Shown here: piece after piece, positions 35,595-46,739 of the stretch | Numbering within the stretch: the stretch's first letter is position 1 | Layout of the letters: each line of letters opens with the position of its first letter | NCBI RefSeq assembly: GCF_965641715.1 | Contig: NZ_OZ282453.1 | Strand: one strand, 5' to 3' | Length of the DNA stretch: 64,000 nucleotides | From: Escherichia coli | GTDB taxonomy: Bacteria; Pseudomonadota; Gammaproteobacteria; Enterobacterales; Enterobacteriaceae | Made by a program: the position numbers and the translations under genes | Notes under the pieces: model-generated | Seen by the model: the letters and a program-made list of their open reading frames with translations, nothing else | What the model was told of the DNA's origin: nothing | Database searches by the model: none

Positions 35595-36631
35595 TGGATT
35601 TATCGCTATTGAAAGCGTTGAGCGAGGCAGATGCGATCGCCTCCTCGGAACAGGAAGTGCGGCAGATCCTGCTGGAAGAAGCGGATCGCCTGCAAAAAGA
35701 AGTGCGATTTGATGGGCTGGGATCGGTGCTGATCCGCCTGAATGAATCGACAGGTCCGAAGGTGATGATCTGTGCGCATATGGACGAAGTGGGATTTATG
35801 GTGCGCAGCATCTCCCGCGAAGGGGCGATTGATGTGCTGCCGGTTGGCAATGTACGCATGGCTGCCCGCCAGCTGCAGCCGGTGCGCATCACCACCCGTG
35901 AAGAGTGCAAAATTCCAGGCCTGCTTGACGGCGACCGGCAGGGGAATGACGTCAGCGCCATGCGCGTGGATATTGGCGCGCGCTCGTATGACGAAGTGAT
36001 GCAGGCGGGAATTCGTCCAGGCGATCGCGTCACGTTCGATACCACTTTTCAGGTTCTCCCCCACCAGCGAGTGATGGGGAAAGCCTTTGATGACCGCCTC
36101 GGTTGCTATCTGCTGGTGACGTTACTACGTGAGCTGCACGACGCCGAACTGCCTGCGGAAGTGTGGCTGGTGGCCAGTTCCAGCGAAGAGGTGGGATTAC
36201 GCGGCGGGCAAACTGCCACCCGCGCGGTGTCGCCGGACGTCGCCATTGTCCTTGATACCGCCTGCTGGGCGAAAAACTTTGATTATGGCGCGGCTAACCA
36301 TCGCCAGATTGGTAACGGCCCGATGCTGGTGTTAAGCGACAAGTCACTGATTGCGCCGCCAAAACTCACCGCCTGGATCGAAACCGTGGCGGCAGAAATT
36401 GGCGTGCCGTTACAGGCGGATATGTTCAGTAACGGCGGCACTGACGGTGGAGCGGTGCACTTAACCGGTACCGGCGTACCCACAGTGGTGATGGGGCCTG
36501 CCACCCGCCACGGACATTGCGCCGCGTCGATTGCCGATTGCCGCGACATTTTGCAGATGGAGCAACTTTTATCTGCCCTTATTCAACGTCTTACGCGTGA
36601 GACGGTTGTTCAACTGACGGATTTCAGATGA
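35594..36631 (+). CDS. ypdE: M42-family aminopeptidase
   Basis: 345-aa ORF; start overlaps the ypdF stop by 1 nt. Confidence 0.85.
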   Translation: MDLSLLKALSEADAIASSEQEVRQILLEEADRLQKEVRFDGLGSVLIRLNESTGPKVMICAHMDEVGFMVRSISREGAIDVLPVGNVRMAARQLQPVRITTREECKIPGLLDGDRQGNDVSAMRVDIGARSYDEVMQAGIRPGDRVTFDTTFQVLPHQRVMGKAFDDRLGCYLLVTLLRELHDAELPAEVWLVASSSEEVGLRGGQTATRAVSPDVAIVLDTACWAKNFDYGAANHRQIGNGPMLVLSDKSLIAPPKLTAWIETVAAEIGVPLQADMFSNGGTDGGAVHLTGTGVPTVVMGPATRHGHCAASIADCRDILQMEQLLSALIQRLTRETVVQLTDFR

Positions 36632-36655
36632 TCTCCTGATTAACCCGGAGCGGTT

Positions 36656-39151
36656 ATGTTAACGATTCAATTTCTCTGTCCTTTGCCTAACGGTCTACAT
36701 GCTCGTCCGGCGTGGGAACTTAAAGAACAGTGCAGCCAGTGGCAAAGCGAAATCACTTTTATTAACCATCGCCAGAACGCAAAGGCCGATGCCAAAAGCT
36801 CGCTGGCGCTGATTGGCACCGGCACCCTATTTAATGACAGTTGCAGCCTGAACATTAGCGGCAGCGATGAAGAGCAGGCGCGGCGCGTGCTGGAAGAGTA
36901 CATCCAGGTGCGCTTTATCGACAGCGACAGCGTTCAGCCTACGCAGGCAGAACTGACGGCGCATCCGCTGCCGCGTTCATTAAGCCGCCTTAACCCGGAT
37001 TTACTATACGGCAATGTGCTGGCAAGCGGCGTCGGCGTGGGTACGCTGACCCTGTTACAAAGCGACAGCCTCGACAGTTATCGGGCAATCCCCGCCAGTG
37101 CGCAAGATTCCACCCGGCTGGAGCACAGCCTGGCAACGCTTGCCGAGCAACTGAACCAGCAATTGCGTGAGCGTGACGGCGAAAGCAAAACTATCCTCAG
37201 CGCCCATTTGTCGCTGATTCAGGATGATGAATTTGCAGGCAATATCAGTCGCCTGATGACAGAACAGCATCAGGGGCTGGGGGCGGCGATCATCAGCAAT
37301 ATGGAGCAGGTTTGCGCCAAACTTTCTGCTTCTACCAGCGATTATCTGCGCGAACGTGTTAGCGACATTCGCGATATTAGCGAACAGTTGCTGCATATTA
37401 CCTGGCCGGAACTGAAGCCGCGCAACAATCTGGTGCTGGAAAAACCGACTATTCTGGTGGCCGAGGATTTAACCCCAAGCCAGTTTTTAAGCCTGGAGTT
37501 AAAAAATCTTGCGGGCATGATTCTGGAGAAAACCGGGCGCACCTCGCATACCCTGATTCTGGCCCGCGCCTCGGCGATCCCGGTACTGAGCGGCCTGCCG
37601 CTGGATGCGATTGCCCGTTATGCCGGGCAACCTGCAGTGCTTGACGCCCAGTGCGGCGTGCTGGCGATTAACCCGAATGACGCGGTTAGCGGTTATTATC
37701 AGGTCGCGCAGACGCTGGCGGATAAACGCCAAAAACAACAGGCGCAGGCTGCCGCGCAGCTGGCTTATTCCCGTGATAACAAGCGTATTGATATCGCGGC
37801 GAATATTGGCACCGCTCTGGAAGCGCCTGGCGCGTTTGCCAACGGCGCGGAAGGCGTCGGGCTGTTCCGTACCGAAATGCTCTATATGGATCGCGACAGC
37901 GCGCCGGACGAGCAGGAGCAATTTGAAGCCTACCAGCAGGTGCTACTGGCAGCGGGCGACAAGCCGATTATCTTCCGCACAATGGACATCGGAGGCGATA
38001 AAAGCATTCCTTATCTGAATATTCCCCAGGAAGAGAACCCGTTCCTCGGCTATCGCGCGGTACGTATTTACCCGGAATTTGCTGGCCTGTTCCGCACTCA
38101 ACTGCGGGCCATTTTGCGCGCCGCCAGTTTCGGCAACGCCCAGTTGATGATCCCGATGGTTCACAGCCTCGATCAGATCTTATGGGTGAAGGGCGAGATC
38201 CAAAAAGCGATCGTTGAGCTTAAGCGCGATGGCCTGCGTCATGCAGAGACGATTACGCTGGGTATCATGGTGGAAGTGCCGTCGGTGTGCTACATCATCG
38301 ATCACTTCTGCGATGAGGTCGATTTCTTCAGTATCGGCTCCAACGATATGACCCAGTATCTGTATGCGGTCGATCGTAATAACCCGCGCGTATCGCCGCT
38401 ATATAACCCGATTACGCCATCGTTCCTGCGCATGTTGCAGCAAATAGTTACCACTGCGCATCAGCGGGGCAAATGGGTAGGCATTTGCGGTGAACTGGGC
38501 GGTGAAAGTCGTTATCTGCCGCTACTGCTTGGGCTGGGACTGGACGAGTTAAGCATGAGTAGTCCGCGCATTCCGGCGGTGAAAAGCCAGCTTCGTCAAC
38601 TGGATAGCGAGGCGTGTCGGGAACTGGCGCGTCAGGCATGTGAATGCCGCAGCGCGCAGGAAATTGAAGCGTTACTCACCGCCTTTACGCCGGAAGAAGA
38701 CGTTCGCCCATTACTGGCGCTGGAGAATATCTTTGTTGATCAGTCCTTTAGCAATAAAGAGCAGGCGATCCAGTTCCTGTGCGGTAACCTCGGCGTTAAC
38801 GGGCGCACTGAACATCCGTTCGAGCTGGAAGAGGATGTCTGGCAGCGGGAAGAGATTGTCACCACTGGCGTTGGTTTTGGCGTGGCGATCCCGCACACCA
38901 AATCTCAGTGGATCCGTCATTCCAGTATCAGCATTGCCCGGCTGGCGAAACCGGTTGACTGGCAGTCAGAAATGGGCGAAGTCGAACTGGTGATCATGCT
39001 GACGCTGGGTGCTAACGAAGGGATGAATCATGTGAAAGTCTTCTCGCAGCTGGCGCGTAAACTGGTGAATAAAAACTTCCGCCAGTCGTTGTTTGCCGCG
39101 CAAGATGCACAAAGTATCCTGACGCTGCTGGAAACAGAATTAACCTTCTGA
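36656..39151 (+). CDS. fryA: PTS multiphosphoryl transfer protein (HPr-like, EI-like and EIIA-like domains fused)
   Basis: 831-aa ORF; N-terminal HPr-like segment (LPNGLHARPA), central EI homology (GGRTSH, GSNDMTQY), C-terminal EIIA-Fru-like domain. Confidence 0.9.
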   Translation: MLTIQFLCPLPNGLHARPAWELKEQCSQWQSEITFINHRQNAKADAKSSLALIGTGTLFNDSCSLNISGSDEEQARRVLEEYIQVRFIDSDSVQPTQAELTAHPLPRSLSRLNPDLLYGNVLASGVGVGTLTLLQSDSLDSYRAIPASAQDSTRLEHSLATLAEQLNQQLRERDGESKTILSAHLSLIQDDEFAGNISRLMTEQHQGLGAAIISNMEQVCAKLSASTSDYLRERVSDIRDISEQLLHITWPELKPRNNLVLEKPTILVAEDLTPSQFLSLELKNLAGMILEKTGRTSHTLILARASAIPVLSGLPLDAIARYAGQPAVLDAQCGVLAINPNDAVSGYYQVAQTLADKRQKQQAQAAAQLAYSRDNKRIDIAANIGTALEAPGAFANGAEGVGLFRTEMLYMDRDSAPDEQEQFEAYQQVLLAAGDKPIIFRTMDIGGDKSIPYLNIPQEENPFLGYRAVRIYPEFAGLFRTQLRAILRAASFGNAQLMIPMVHSLDQILWVKGEIQKAIVELKRDGLRHAETITLGIMVEVPSVCYIIDHFCDEVDFFSIGSNDMTQYLYAVDRNNPRVSPLYNPITPSFLRMLQQIVTTAHQRGKWVGICGELGGESRYLPLLLGLGLDELSMSSPRIPAVKSQLRQLDSEACRELARQACECRSAQEIEALLTAFTPEEDVRPLLALENIFVDQSFSNKEQAIQFLCGNLGVNGRTEHPFELEEDVWQREEIVTTGVGFGVAIPHTKSQWIRHSSISIARLAKPVDWQSEMGEVELVIMLTLGANEGMNHVKVFSQLARKLVNKNFRQSLFAAQDAQSILTLLETELTF

Positions 39152-39153
39152 CG

Positions 39154-40011
39154 TTAGCCCTGAAAACGGGCGCTGTACTCTCCCGGCGTCAGACCAAACT
39201 GACGCCGGAAAACGCGACAAAAATAGTCGCTATCCGGAAAACCGCAACGCTGTGCCACTTCATGAATTGACAGATGATATTTCTGCAAAATCATCCTCGC
39301 CTTCGCCATTCGCACCCAACGCACATACTCGATAAAACGCATCGTTCCATGCTGAGCAAACAGTTTTGACAGATGATTGGGCGTGATATTAAAAAACTGC
39401 GCCACGCTCTCGCGGGTGAGCGGCTGGGCATAATTATCCTGAACCCAGTTACAAATGCTGTGATAGAGAAAATCGCCGCGCGGCTGCGAATTGCCCGGCG
39501 GCATATTCACCACGTTACGGCAAAGATGCAGCAAACTTAACACCAGCGGCTGAATGATATTTTGCTCCAGCGGCGAACGGCTAAGATGGGTGAGGGCGGT
39601 AAGCATCGCTTCACCTTCACCGCGTTGCAGGCTGGGAAGCTGGATCTGGCGAGCAGGATGCAACAACGACGTGGTGCGGCTATCGTAAAACGATAACCCA
39701 AGCCAGGTCGGAGCGAACACCAGGCTTAACAGCATCACCGGTTTGTTGTTGACCGGTAAATTAGCCGCGCGCGCCGGAATAAACAGCATTTCTCCTTCCA
39801 CCAAACGTTGCTGCTTTGCTTCCAGCAGATTGCCGTATTCGCCGCGCAGCACGATATCCAGACGGGGAAAATCAATACATAAACTGCCCACCGGCAACGA
39901 GGCAGGCTGGCTGGCAAACCAGACGCGCCCCAGTAGTTGCGGGTTAAGCACCAGGCCGCTGAACAGATCGGCGAAAAATTGTTGATCGGCGGGCAAGCCT
40001 GGTGCTTTCAT
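39154..40011 (-). CDS. ypdC: AraC-family transcriptional regulator
   Basis: 285-aa ORF with C-terminal AraC-type HTH; stop 2 nt after the fryA stop (convergent). Confidence 0.85.
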   Translation of the reverse strand: MKAPGLPADQQFFADLFSGLVLNPQLLGRVWFASQPASLPVGSLCIDFPRLDIVLRGEYGNLLEAKQQRLVEGEMLFIPARAANLPVNNKPVMLLSLVFAPTWLGLSFYDSRTTSLLHPARQIQLPSLQRGEGEAMLTALTHLSRSPLEQNIIQPLVLSLLHLCRNVVNMPPGNSQPRGDFLYHSICNWVQDNYAQPLTRESVAQFFNITPNHLSKLFAQHGTMRFIEYVRWVRMAKARMILQKYHLSIHEVAQRCGFPDSDYFCRVFRRQFGLTPGEYSARFQG

Positions 40012-40023
40012 GAAAGTTCCCGA

Positions 40024-40758
40024 TTAAAGATGCATTAACTGGCGAAATTCTTTAACTTTGCTGCGGCTGACCGGCACTTCAAAATCCAGATCTTTCAGCC
40101 GCAGAATGTAGGTGTTATTAAACCACGGTTCGATCTCGCGGATTTTGTTCAGATTGACACAAAATGAGCGATGGCAGCGGAAAAAATGCGACGGCGGCAG
40201 TTTGCTGCAAAATTCGGTAATGTTCATCGGCATTACATAGGATTCACGCCGCGTATAAACAAAGGTCATTTTCTCGTGCGCTTCGGCGTAATAGATATCG
40301 TTAATGGGGGTGACGATTATTCGCTCATCTTTCACCAGATTAATGGTGTCATTCTCACGCGTTACCGTCGCGGCAGGCGTACTGCTGGTCTGCTGTTGCT
40401 GCCAGGCCGCTTCCAGTTTTTGCAGCATCCCGGTAATGCGTGACTCCTGATACGGTTTGAGAATGTAGTCAAACGCCTCAAGTTCAAACGCTTCTACCGC
40501 ATGTTCTTTCCACGCGGTGATAAACACAATAAACGGTTTATGGGCGAACTGGCTGATGTTTTGTGCCAGCAACACACCATCCAGCGACGGAATATTGATA
40601 TCCAGAAAAATGGCGTCGACGCGGTTATGCTGCAAAAACTTCAACACGTCCAGACCGTCGTCAAAGGTGCCGACAATCTCCATCTGGCTGTGCTCTTTAA
40701 TTAGCCAGCTCAGTTCCTGTTGTGCCAGGAATTCGTCTTCAACAATGATGACTTTCAC
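40024..40758 (-). CDS. ypdB: LytTR-family response regulator (244 aa, GTG start)
   Basis: GTG at 40758 gives (M)KVIIVEDEFLAQQELSWLIKEH...; receiver domain plus LytTR DNA-binding domain; track ORF uses a TTG 6 codons upstream. Confidence 0.85.
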   Translation of the reverse strand: MKVIIVEDEFLAQQELSWLIKEHSQMEIVGTFDDGLDVLKFLQHNRVDAIFLDINIPSLDGVLLAQNISQFAHKPFIVFITAWKEHAVEAFELEAFDYILKPYQESRITGMLQKLEAAWQQQQTSSTPAATVTRENDTINLVKDERIIVTPINDIYYAEAHEKMTFVYTRRESYVMPMNITEFCSKLPPSHFFRCHRSFCVNLNKIREIEPWFNNTYILRLKDLDFEVPVSRSKVKEFRQLMHL

Positions 40759-40772
40759 AATATCACTCCAGC

Positions 40773-42470
40773 TCAAAGCAATAACGTAGCCTGTGAGGCG
40801 ACTGGGGTGCGTTGGTTAGGAATGTAAAACGCAATTTCCGTTCCTGGTTCCAGGCGGCGGATATGCAGCCCCTCGCCATACAATAACTTCACGCGATGAT
40901 GGACATTCAGCAGGCCAATTTTATTGCCCGGCATTTCATTCGCTTCGACCCGCTCAATCACCTTTGGATCGATGCCGTGCCCGGTATCCCGCACCGCAAT
41001 GCGTACCCGATTGCCGCACTCTGCAACGCTGATGGTGACAACGCCTTTACCTTTGCAAGGCTGGATACCGTGGACAATGGCATTCTCCACCAACGGCTGG
41101 ATCAGCAGGCTGGGAATGCAGCAATTCACCTCTTCATCAATATCATAGATAACCGTCAGCTTGTCGCCAAAGCGGGCCTGCTCAATGGCAATATAGTCTT
41201 TAATTTGATACAGCTCTTTTTTGATATCGATTTGCTCATCGTCTTTTAATTCAATGTTATAGCGCAGATAACGCGACAGATTAAAGATCAGCTGGCGAGC
41301 GGTATCCGGATTCAGACGGATCGACGATGAAATAGCGTTCAGAGCGTTAAACAGAAAATGGGGATTAATTTTGCTTTGCAGGGCGCGAAGCTCTGCCTTA
41401 TTTGCCATTTCACGTAGCTGCTCGGCGCGTGAAACCTCCAGTTGCGTGGAGATGATTTGCGACAGACCAACCGCCATTTCCTGTAATGACGAGGTTATCT
41501 GATGCGCGTGGCAGTAGTAAATTTTCAGCGTTCCGGTCACAACGCCTTTCTCCCACAATGGGATCACCAGCATGGAATGAATCTCTGGTGTGCGGTGGGC
41601 TTCATCATTGTTTTTAATGATGATTTTTCCGTAATTCATCGCCTGACGGGTAGTCGGGCTAATGAAGTCATCGCCGTTCTGATAGTTATGTTCACCCACG
41701 CCAACATAGGCCAGCACATGATCGGTATTAGTAATCGCCACCGCATCGGCGTGAATGTCATCGCGAATAATTTCACAAACTTTGCGTAATGACTCGCTAT
41801 TGACATGGCGAAACAGCGGCAGCGTTTTGTTGGCGATATCCAGCGCCAACTTGGCCTGCCGCGCGGCGCTGGCCTCTTTTTCGCCCTCAACGCTTTGCAC
41901 CAGAAGCACAATAAAGCCGATACAGACGCTGCCGAGGATCATTGGAATCCCGATTTTAGAGACGATATCGATCCCCAACGCGGTAGTTGGTGCCCAGACA
42001 ATCACCAGAATCATGGTCAACGTTTCACACAACATGCCGCCGAGAATACCGACGCGCCAGCGCTGTGCTTTGGGGATTTTCAGGTTGATCCAGCCCGATA
42101 TACAACCCGCCAGAATGCTGGTGATAAAGCAGGGGATCGCCGTCACGCCGCCGATATCAATTAAATAACGATGAATACCCGCAATCACGCCGGTAATGAT
42201 GCCCACCCACGGGCCAAACAGAATCCCGCCGGACATCACCGCGATAATACGTACGTTCACCAGCGAGCCTTCTACGGGAACGCCGGACCAGGTGCTGAAC
42301 AGAGCGAACAGCGAGAAAATGGCGGTAACGGCGAGCAACTCTCTCGGTGAGTGTGCCGACTTGTGCAACAGTTCGCGAAACAGGCGGATACGGATGAGAA
42401 AGAACAGGCAGATAAGCATTAACGCTGCCCGATCGAAGACCGCCAGCAGCATGTTGAATATTTCGTGCAC
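40773..42470 (-). CDS. ypdA: LytS-type sensor histidine kinase (565 aa, GTG start)
   Basis: N-terminal multi-TM 5TM-Lyt domain, GAF-like region, HisKA_3/HATPase_c (RDTGHGI); immediately upstream of ypdB. Confidence 0.88.
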   Translation of the reverse strand: MHEIFNMLLAVFDRAALMLICLFFLIRIRLFRELLHKSAHSPRELLAVTAIFSLFALFSTWSGVPVEGSLVNVRIIAVMSGGILFGPWVGIITGVIAGIHRYLIDIGGVTAIPCFITSILAGCISGWINLKIPKAQRWRVGILGGMLCETLTMILVIVWAPTTALGIDIVSKIGIPMILGSVCIGFIVLLVQSVEGEKEASAARQAKLALDIANKTLPLFRHVNSESLRKVCEIIRDDIHADAVAITNTDHVLAYVGVGEHNYQNGDDFISPTTRQAMNYGKIIIKNNDEAHRTPEIHSMLVIPLWEKGVVTGTLKIYYCHAHQITSSLQEMAVGLSQIISTQLEVSRAEQLREMANKAELRALQSKINPHFLFNALNAISSSIRLNPDTARQLIFNLSRYLRYNIELKDDEQIDIKKELYQIKDYIAIEQARFGDKLTVIYDIDEEVNCCIPSLLIQPLVENAIVHGIQPCKGKGVVTISVAECGNRVRIAVRDTGHGIDPKVIERVEANEMPGNKIGLLNVHHRVKLLYGEGLHIRRLEPGTEIAFYIPNQRTPVASQATLLL

Positions 42471-42846
42471 GGGTGACTCTGAATAAGGATTAAACCTCTA
42501 TGATAGGTAACCTGAAGGCTGATGACCAGCAGGCCGTTTTTGAGGAAAAACCACAATTTTAAAAGGGGATTGATAGATAAATGGTGTATTAGCAATGCAT
42601 CTCTTGATAATGCACTTCTGGTTAGTAAATTTATTGAAATTATTATGTTAATAAAATGAGTGGTAATTTTCTTGTTAGCGCAGATAATTTTCCTGTTTTT
42701 AAAGCAGAGTTCCTCATTTAACGTCATTAATAAAAATGTTCTAAAACGCTGGACAGACAGAAATTAATCAGGCTATTTTCAAAACAGCCACCATCGTGGC
42801 AGCGTCGCTCGGACGGTCCGGGCGCTAACGTTAATCTGAGGAAATT

Positions 42847-44085
42847 ATGGCTGACACTCGCCCTGAACGTCGCTTTACGCGCATTGATCGTCTCCCGCCC
42901 TATGTTTTTAACATTACCGCTGAACTGAAAATGGCTGCGCGTCGGCGCGGCGAAGATATTATCGATTTCAGTATGGGTAACCCGGACGGTGCGACTCCGC
43001 CGCATATCGTCGAAAAATTATGTACTGTGGCCCAGCGCCCGGACACGCATGGTTACTCCACTTCACGCGGCATTCCGCGGCTACGTCGCGCCATTTCCCG
43101 TTGGTATCAGGATCGCTACGACGTTGAAATCGACCCGGAATCAGAAGCCATCGTCACTATTGGTTCGAAAGAGGGCCTGGCGCATCTGATGCTGGCGACA
43201 CTGGATCACGGTGACACAGTGCTGGTGCCGAATCCAAGTTACCCCATTCATATTTACGGCGCGGTGATTGCCGGGGCTCAGGTACGCTCAGTGCCGCTGG
43301 TGGAAGGTGTCGATTTCTTCAACGAACTGGAGCGCGCCATTCGTGAAAGTTATCCGAAACCGAAGATGATGATCCTCGGCTTCCCGTCGAACCCAACCGC
43401 GCAATGCGTGGAACTGGAGTTCTTCGAAAAGGTTGTGGCGCTGGCGAAACGCTACGATGTGCTGGTGGTCCACGACCTGGCCTATGCGGACATCGTCTAC
43501 GATGGCTGGAAAGCGCCGTCAATCATGCAGGTGCCAGGTGCACGCGATGTGGCGGTCGAGTTCTTTACGCTGTCGAAAAGCTACAACATGGCGGGCTGGC
43601 GTATCGGCTTTATGGTTGGCAACAAAACGCTGGTCAGTGCGCTGGCACGTATTAAAAGCTATCACGATTACGGCACCTTTACGCCGTTGCAGGTGGCGGC
43701 GATTGCGGCGCTGGAGGGCGATCAACAGTGTGTGCGCGACATTGCCGAACAGTACAAACGCCGCCGTGATGTATTGGTTAAAGGGCTGCATGAAGCGGGC
43801 TGGATGGTCGAAATGCCGAAGGCTTCGATGTATGTCTGGGCGAAAATACCGGAACCGTATGCTGCCATGGGCTCGCTGGAATTTGCCAAGAAATTGCTTA
43901 ACGAAGCGAAGGTCTGTGTCTCTCCGGGGATTGGCTTTGGCGACTATGGTGATACGCATGTGCGCTTTGCACTGATTGAAAACCGCGACCGTATTCGTCA
44001 GGCGATTCGTGGGATTAAAGCGTTGTTCCGTGCCGACGGTTTACTACCCGCCAGCAGCAAACATATTCACGAAAACGCGGAATAA
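42847..44085 (+). CDS. alaC: Glutamate-pyruvate aminotransferase (PLP-dependent)
   Basis: 412-aa [26 protein letters not shown]...; class I aminotransferase with PLP lysine ([10 protein letters not shown]). Confidence 0.93.
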   Translation: MADTRPERRFTRIDRLPPYVFNITAELKMAARRRGEDIIDFSMGNPDGATPPHIVEKLCTVAQRPDTHGYSTSRGIPRLRRAISRWYQDRYDVEIDPESEAIVTIGSKEGLAHLMLATLDHGDTVLVPNPSYPIHIYGAVIAGAQVRSVPLVEGVDFFNELERAIRESYPKPKMMILGFPSNPTAQCVELEFFEKVVALAKRYDVLVVHDLAYADIVYDGWKAPSIMQVPGARDVAVEFFTLSKSYNMAGWRIGFMVGNKTLVSALARIKSYHDYGTFTPLQVAAIAALEGDQQCVRDIAEQYKRRRDVLVKGLHEAGWMVEMPKASMYVWAKIPEPYAAMGSLEFAKKLLNEAKVCVSPGIGFGDYGDTHVRFALIENRDRIRQAIRGIKALFRADGLLPASSKHIHENAE

Positions 44086-44104
44086 ACACCGACCTCAGAA
44101 ATGC

Positions 44105-44132
44105 AAACAGGAGCCTGATGGCTCCTGTTTTT
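44105..44132. terminator. Bidirectional rho-independent terminator between alaC and ypdK
   Basis: Hairpin aaacaggagcc-tgat-ggctcctgttt followed by ttt. Confidence 0.7.
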
Positions 44133-44149
44133 CATTGCACAGTTTGCTT

Positions 44150-44221
44150 TTAGATCATCAGGGCAAAAGTACCGGCCCAAACGATGACCATAAAAGAAAT
44201 GCCCATAAAGAAATATTTCAC
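44150..44221 (-). CDS. ypdK: Very small membrane protein YpdK (23 aa, GTG start)
   Basis: Minus strand reads gtg aaa tat ttc ttt atg ggc att tct ttt atg gtc atc gtt tgg gcc ggt act ttt gcc ctg atg atc taa = (M)KYFFMGISFMVIVWAGTFALMI; below the ORF-track size cut-off. Confidence 0.7.
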   Translation of the reverse strand: MKYFFMGISFMVIVWAGTFALMI

Positions 44222-44576
44222 TTTACATCTCTCCGCGTAATTGCTGTTACGCCTGAATGACTTCATTACACCTGATACAGTGAGTTGACACCGGGCAAAA
44301 CGACCTTAAAAGTCCTGTATTTTACCGTGGGCATCACCCCAGAATTCTGAGCTAAACTGCTCGAGACGGCGCTAATGTACGCCTAAAACTGAAACGAGAC
44401 AAGAGGCATTTTCTTATTTACTTTTAGTAACTTACAGGTGTCTCATATCGGCGACAGTTTAATTTCTGACGGTAATAATTAGAGATTCAGCGAAGGAAAA
44501 AACCTTAAGAAAAAAGCCATAAAAACCATGAGGTTATTATGGCTTATGTGAGGAGGTAAAGAGTCAGAGCAGTTTG

Positions 44577-45497
44577 TTAAATGTATAACGACGATTCTCC
44601 CACCGGGCGCGTTTTAAAGCGACGGTGGATCCAGAGGTACTGCTCCGGTGCGCGCATGATCTCTTTCTCGATAATCTTGTTCATATAGGCAGCGGCTTGA
44701 TTTTCATCTGTCGGGTAGCCTTCCATCTCTGGGGTGATGAACAAACGATATCCGCTGTAATCCGCTTTTCTTACCATCGTTACGGTCAACATGGCTGCGC
44801 CAGAGAGACGGGAGAGAACATAGGTGCCATTGGTTGTGGCGACATTTTCTACCGCAAAGAACGGCGCGAAGGAGCTGCCTTTACGACCATAATCCTGATC
44901 GGGAGCAAACCATACCGCTTCACCTTTCTTCAGTGCACTGACAATGCCGCGCAGATTATTTCTGCCGATCATCGCTTTGTTAGAGCGCATGCGACCACGG
45001 GTCTGCACCCATTCCATCAGCTGATTATTATGTGGACGATAGGTAGCCATCATTGGCTGACAAAGTCCCATCACGCGGCCGCCCAGTTCCAGCGACATAA
45101 AATGGACGCCGACAACCATTACGCCGCGATTTTGCATTTGTGCGCGTTTAAGGTTATCCAGCCCTTCAACATCAAACCATTTACGTACGCGACTGTCGGG
45201 CCAGAACCACGCCATGCCGGTTTCTACCAGCGCCATGCCGAGTGAACGAAAGTTTTCGGCAATCATCTTCTCGCGTTCTTCCGCAGAATGCTGCGGGAAG
45301 CAAAGTTCCAGGTTTTTACGGGCGATAGATTCACGCCGTTTCAGGAATGGTCGCGCCATTGCGCCAATACGCGTGCCGAGAAAGCAGAGAACAGGATAAG
45401 GAAGCTGTACCCAAAGCCAGAGTACACCAAGCCCAAACCATGTGAGCCAGTAGCGAGGATATAGAAACTCGCGGGAAAATTTGCATTGTGGAAACAT
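44577..45497 (-). CDS. lpxP: Lipid A palmitoleoyl-ACP acyltransferase (cold-induced), 306 aa
   Basis: ATG at 45497 gives MFPQCKFSREFLYPRYWLTWFGLGVLWLW...; track ORF extends 22 codons upstream. Confidence 0.9.
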   Translation of the reverse strand: MFPQCKFSREFLYPRYWLTWFGLGVLWLWVQLPYPVLCFLGTRIGAMARPFLKRRESIARKNLELCFPQHSAEEREKMIAENFRSLGMALVETGMAWFWPDSRVRKWFDVEGLDNLKRAQMQNRGVMVVGVHFMSLELGGRVMGLCQPMMATYRPHNNQLMEWVQTRGRMRSNKAMIGRNNLRGIVSALKKGEAVWFAPDQDYGRKGSSFAPFFAVENVATTNGTYVLSRLSGAAMLTVTMVRKADYSGYRLFITPEMEGYPTDENQAAAYMNKIIEKEIMRAPEQYLWIHRRFKTRPVGESSLYI

Positions 45498-45849
45498 AGT
45501 TACCTTCTGTAGATACGAATTGTTGTATCGCAGAAGATTCCATGTCGACAGCGGTACACTCAATTGATTAGGCCATCATGTACGACAATGGTTCCTGTAA
45601 AGAGTGTAAAGACTAGTCAGGACATAACCACGAGGAGCATGAATGCGGTATCTGTACTTTATCACTCGCTGACTGCTTTCAGCTACTGATTATTAATCGT
45701 GCAAAGTAAATATTTTTCCGTACACAACAGTCTTGCATTTAACATGCTGTTTTCATTGATGCTTAGCAAAAATTGCCAGAGATTAAGGATTGTCTTACTA
45801 TTAAAGTGACTGAAGTTACAGGTTTTTTAGCGCGGCAGGAGGTTGAGCT

Positions 45850-46092
45850 ATGATTTATTTATGGATGTTTCTCGCCCTGTGTATTGTCTGCGTAAGCGGA
45901 TACATCGGTCAGGTACTGAACGTGGTATCGGCGGTCTCTTCTTTCTTCGGCATGGTGATCCTCGCTGCACTCATTTATTACTTCACCATGTGGTTAACTG
46001 GCGGTAATGAACTGGTGACGGGGATATTTATGTTTCTTGCCCCGGCTTGTGGCTTGATGATTCGCTTTATGGTGGGGTATGGCAGGCGATAG
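45850..46092 (+). CDS. yfdY: Small inner-membrane protein YfdY (80 aa)
   Basis: Two predicted TM helices (MIYLWMFLALCIVCVSGYIG...). Confidence 0.75.
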   Translation: MIYLWMFLALCIVCVSGYIGQVLNVVSAVSSFFGMVILAALIYYFTMWLTGGNELVTGIFMFLAPACGLMIRFMVGYGRR

Positions 46093-46168
46093 TGGGTCAG
46101 GATGGCTCATTTGGGCAGGTGTTCACATCAGCATCAGACATGATTGTTCACCTGCCAGGTGGCAGACG

Positions 46169-46444
46169 CTATCGCACAGGATGAATAAGATAATTCGCCT
46201 TTGTCGGAAAAGGGGGCGTGGTTTCTTCTGTGAGGTTTAATGGTGGCGCATCTTCTCTCATCTTAAACAAAATTGCCTGTGATGGCTGAATTTTTGTAGA
46301 GTGAGTTGTCGTCATCGCTGATGTTTTTTCCGTCTCTTTATAGCTCCTCTCACTTCCACCACCAGAAATGGAAAATGCAAAAACATTGCATGCCATAATA
46401 GAGACCAATAAAAATAAGCTAAAAAGTATTAAGTTTACTTTCAT
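46169..46444 (-). CDS. ypdI: Small putative lipoprotein YpdI (91 aa)
   Basis: Signal peptide with lipobox-like LVSIMAC (Cys19). Confidence 0.75.
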   Translation of the reverse strand: MKVNLILFSLFLLVSIMACNVFAFSISGGGSERSYKETEKTSAMTTTHSTKIQPSQAILFKMREDAPPLNLTEETTPPFPTKANYLIHPVR

Positions 46445-46739
46445 AGAAAGTTATCCTGAAAATGGTTCACTGAGAATGTACGATGTTATGGCTGTATTTA
46501 CATATAATTAATCAATATTTACATCGATATAATAAATGACATCTCTTTGTGGTACATAAGAATAGTTCTCTGTGACAGGAAGCATATTCCTACAATTGTA
46601 AGACTAAAATACTTCTTGCGATAATAACTACAACTGTAAGATAACCCTTTCAAAATGACCGTTGCTCTCTGATTTCTCATTTCATGCTCACCCAATATGA
46701 TGGCGGCGTTTTCTAAAACTGTTAAAGAATGAGGTAAGT

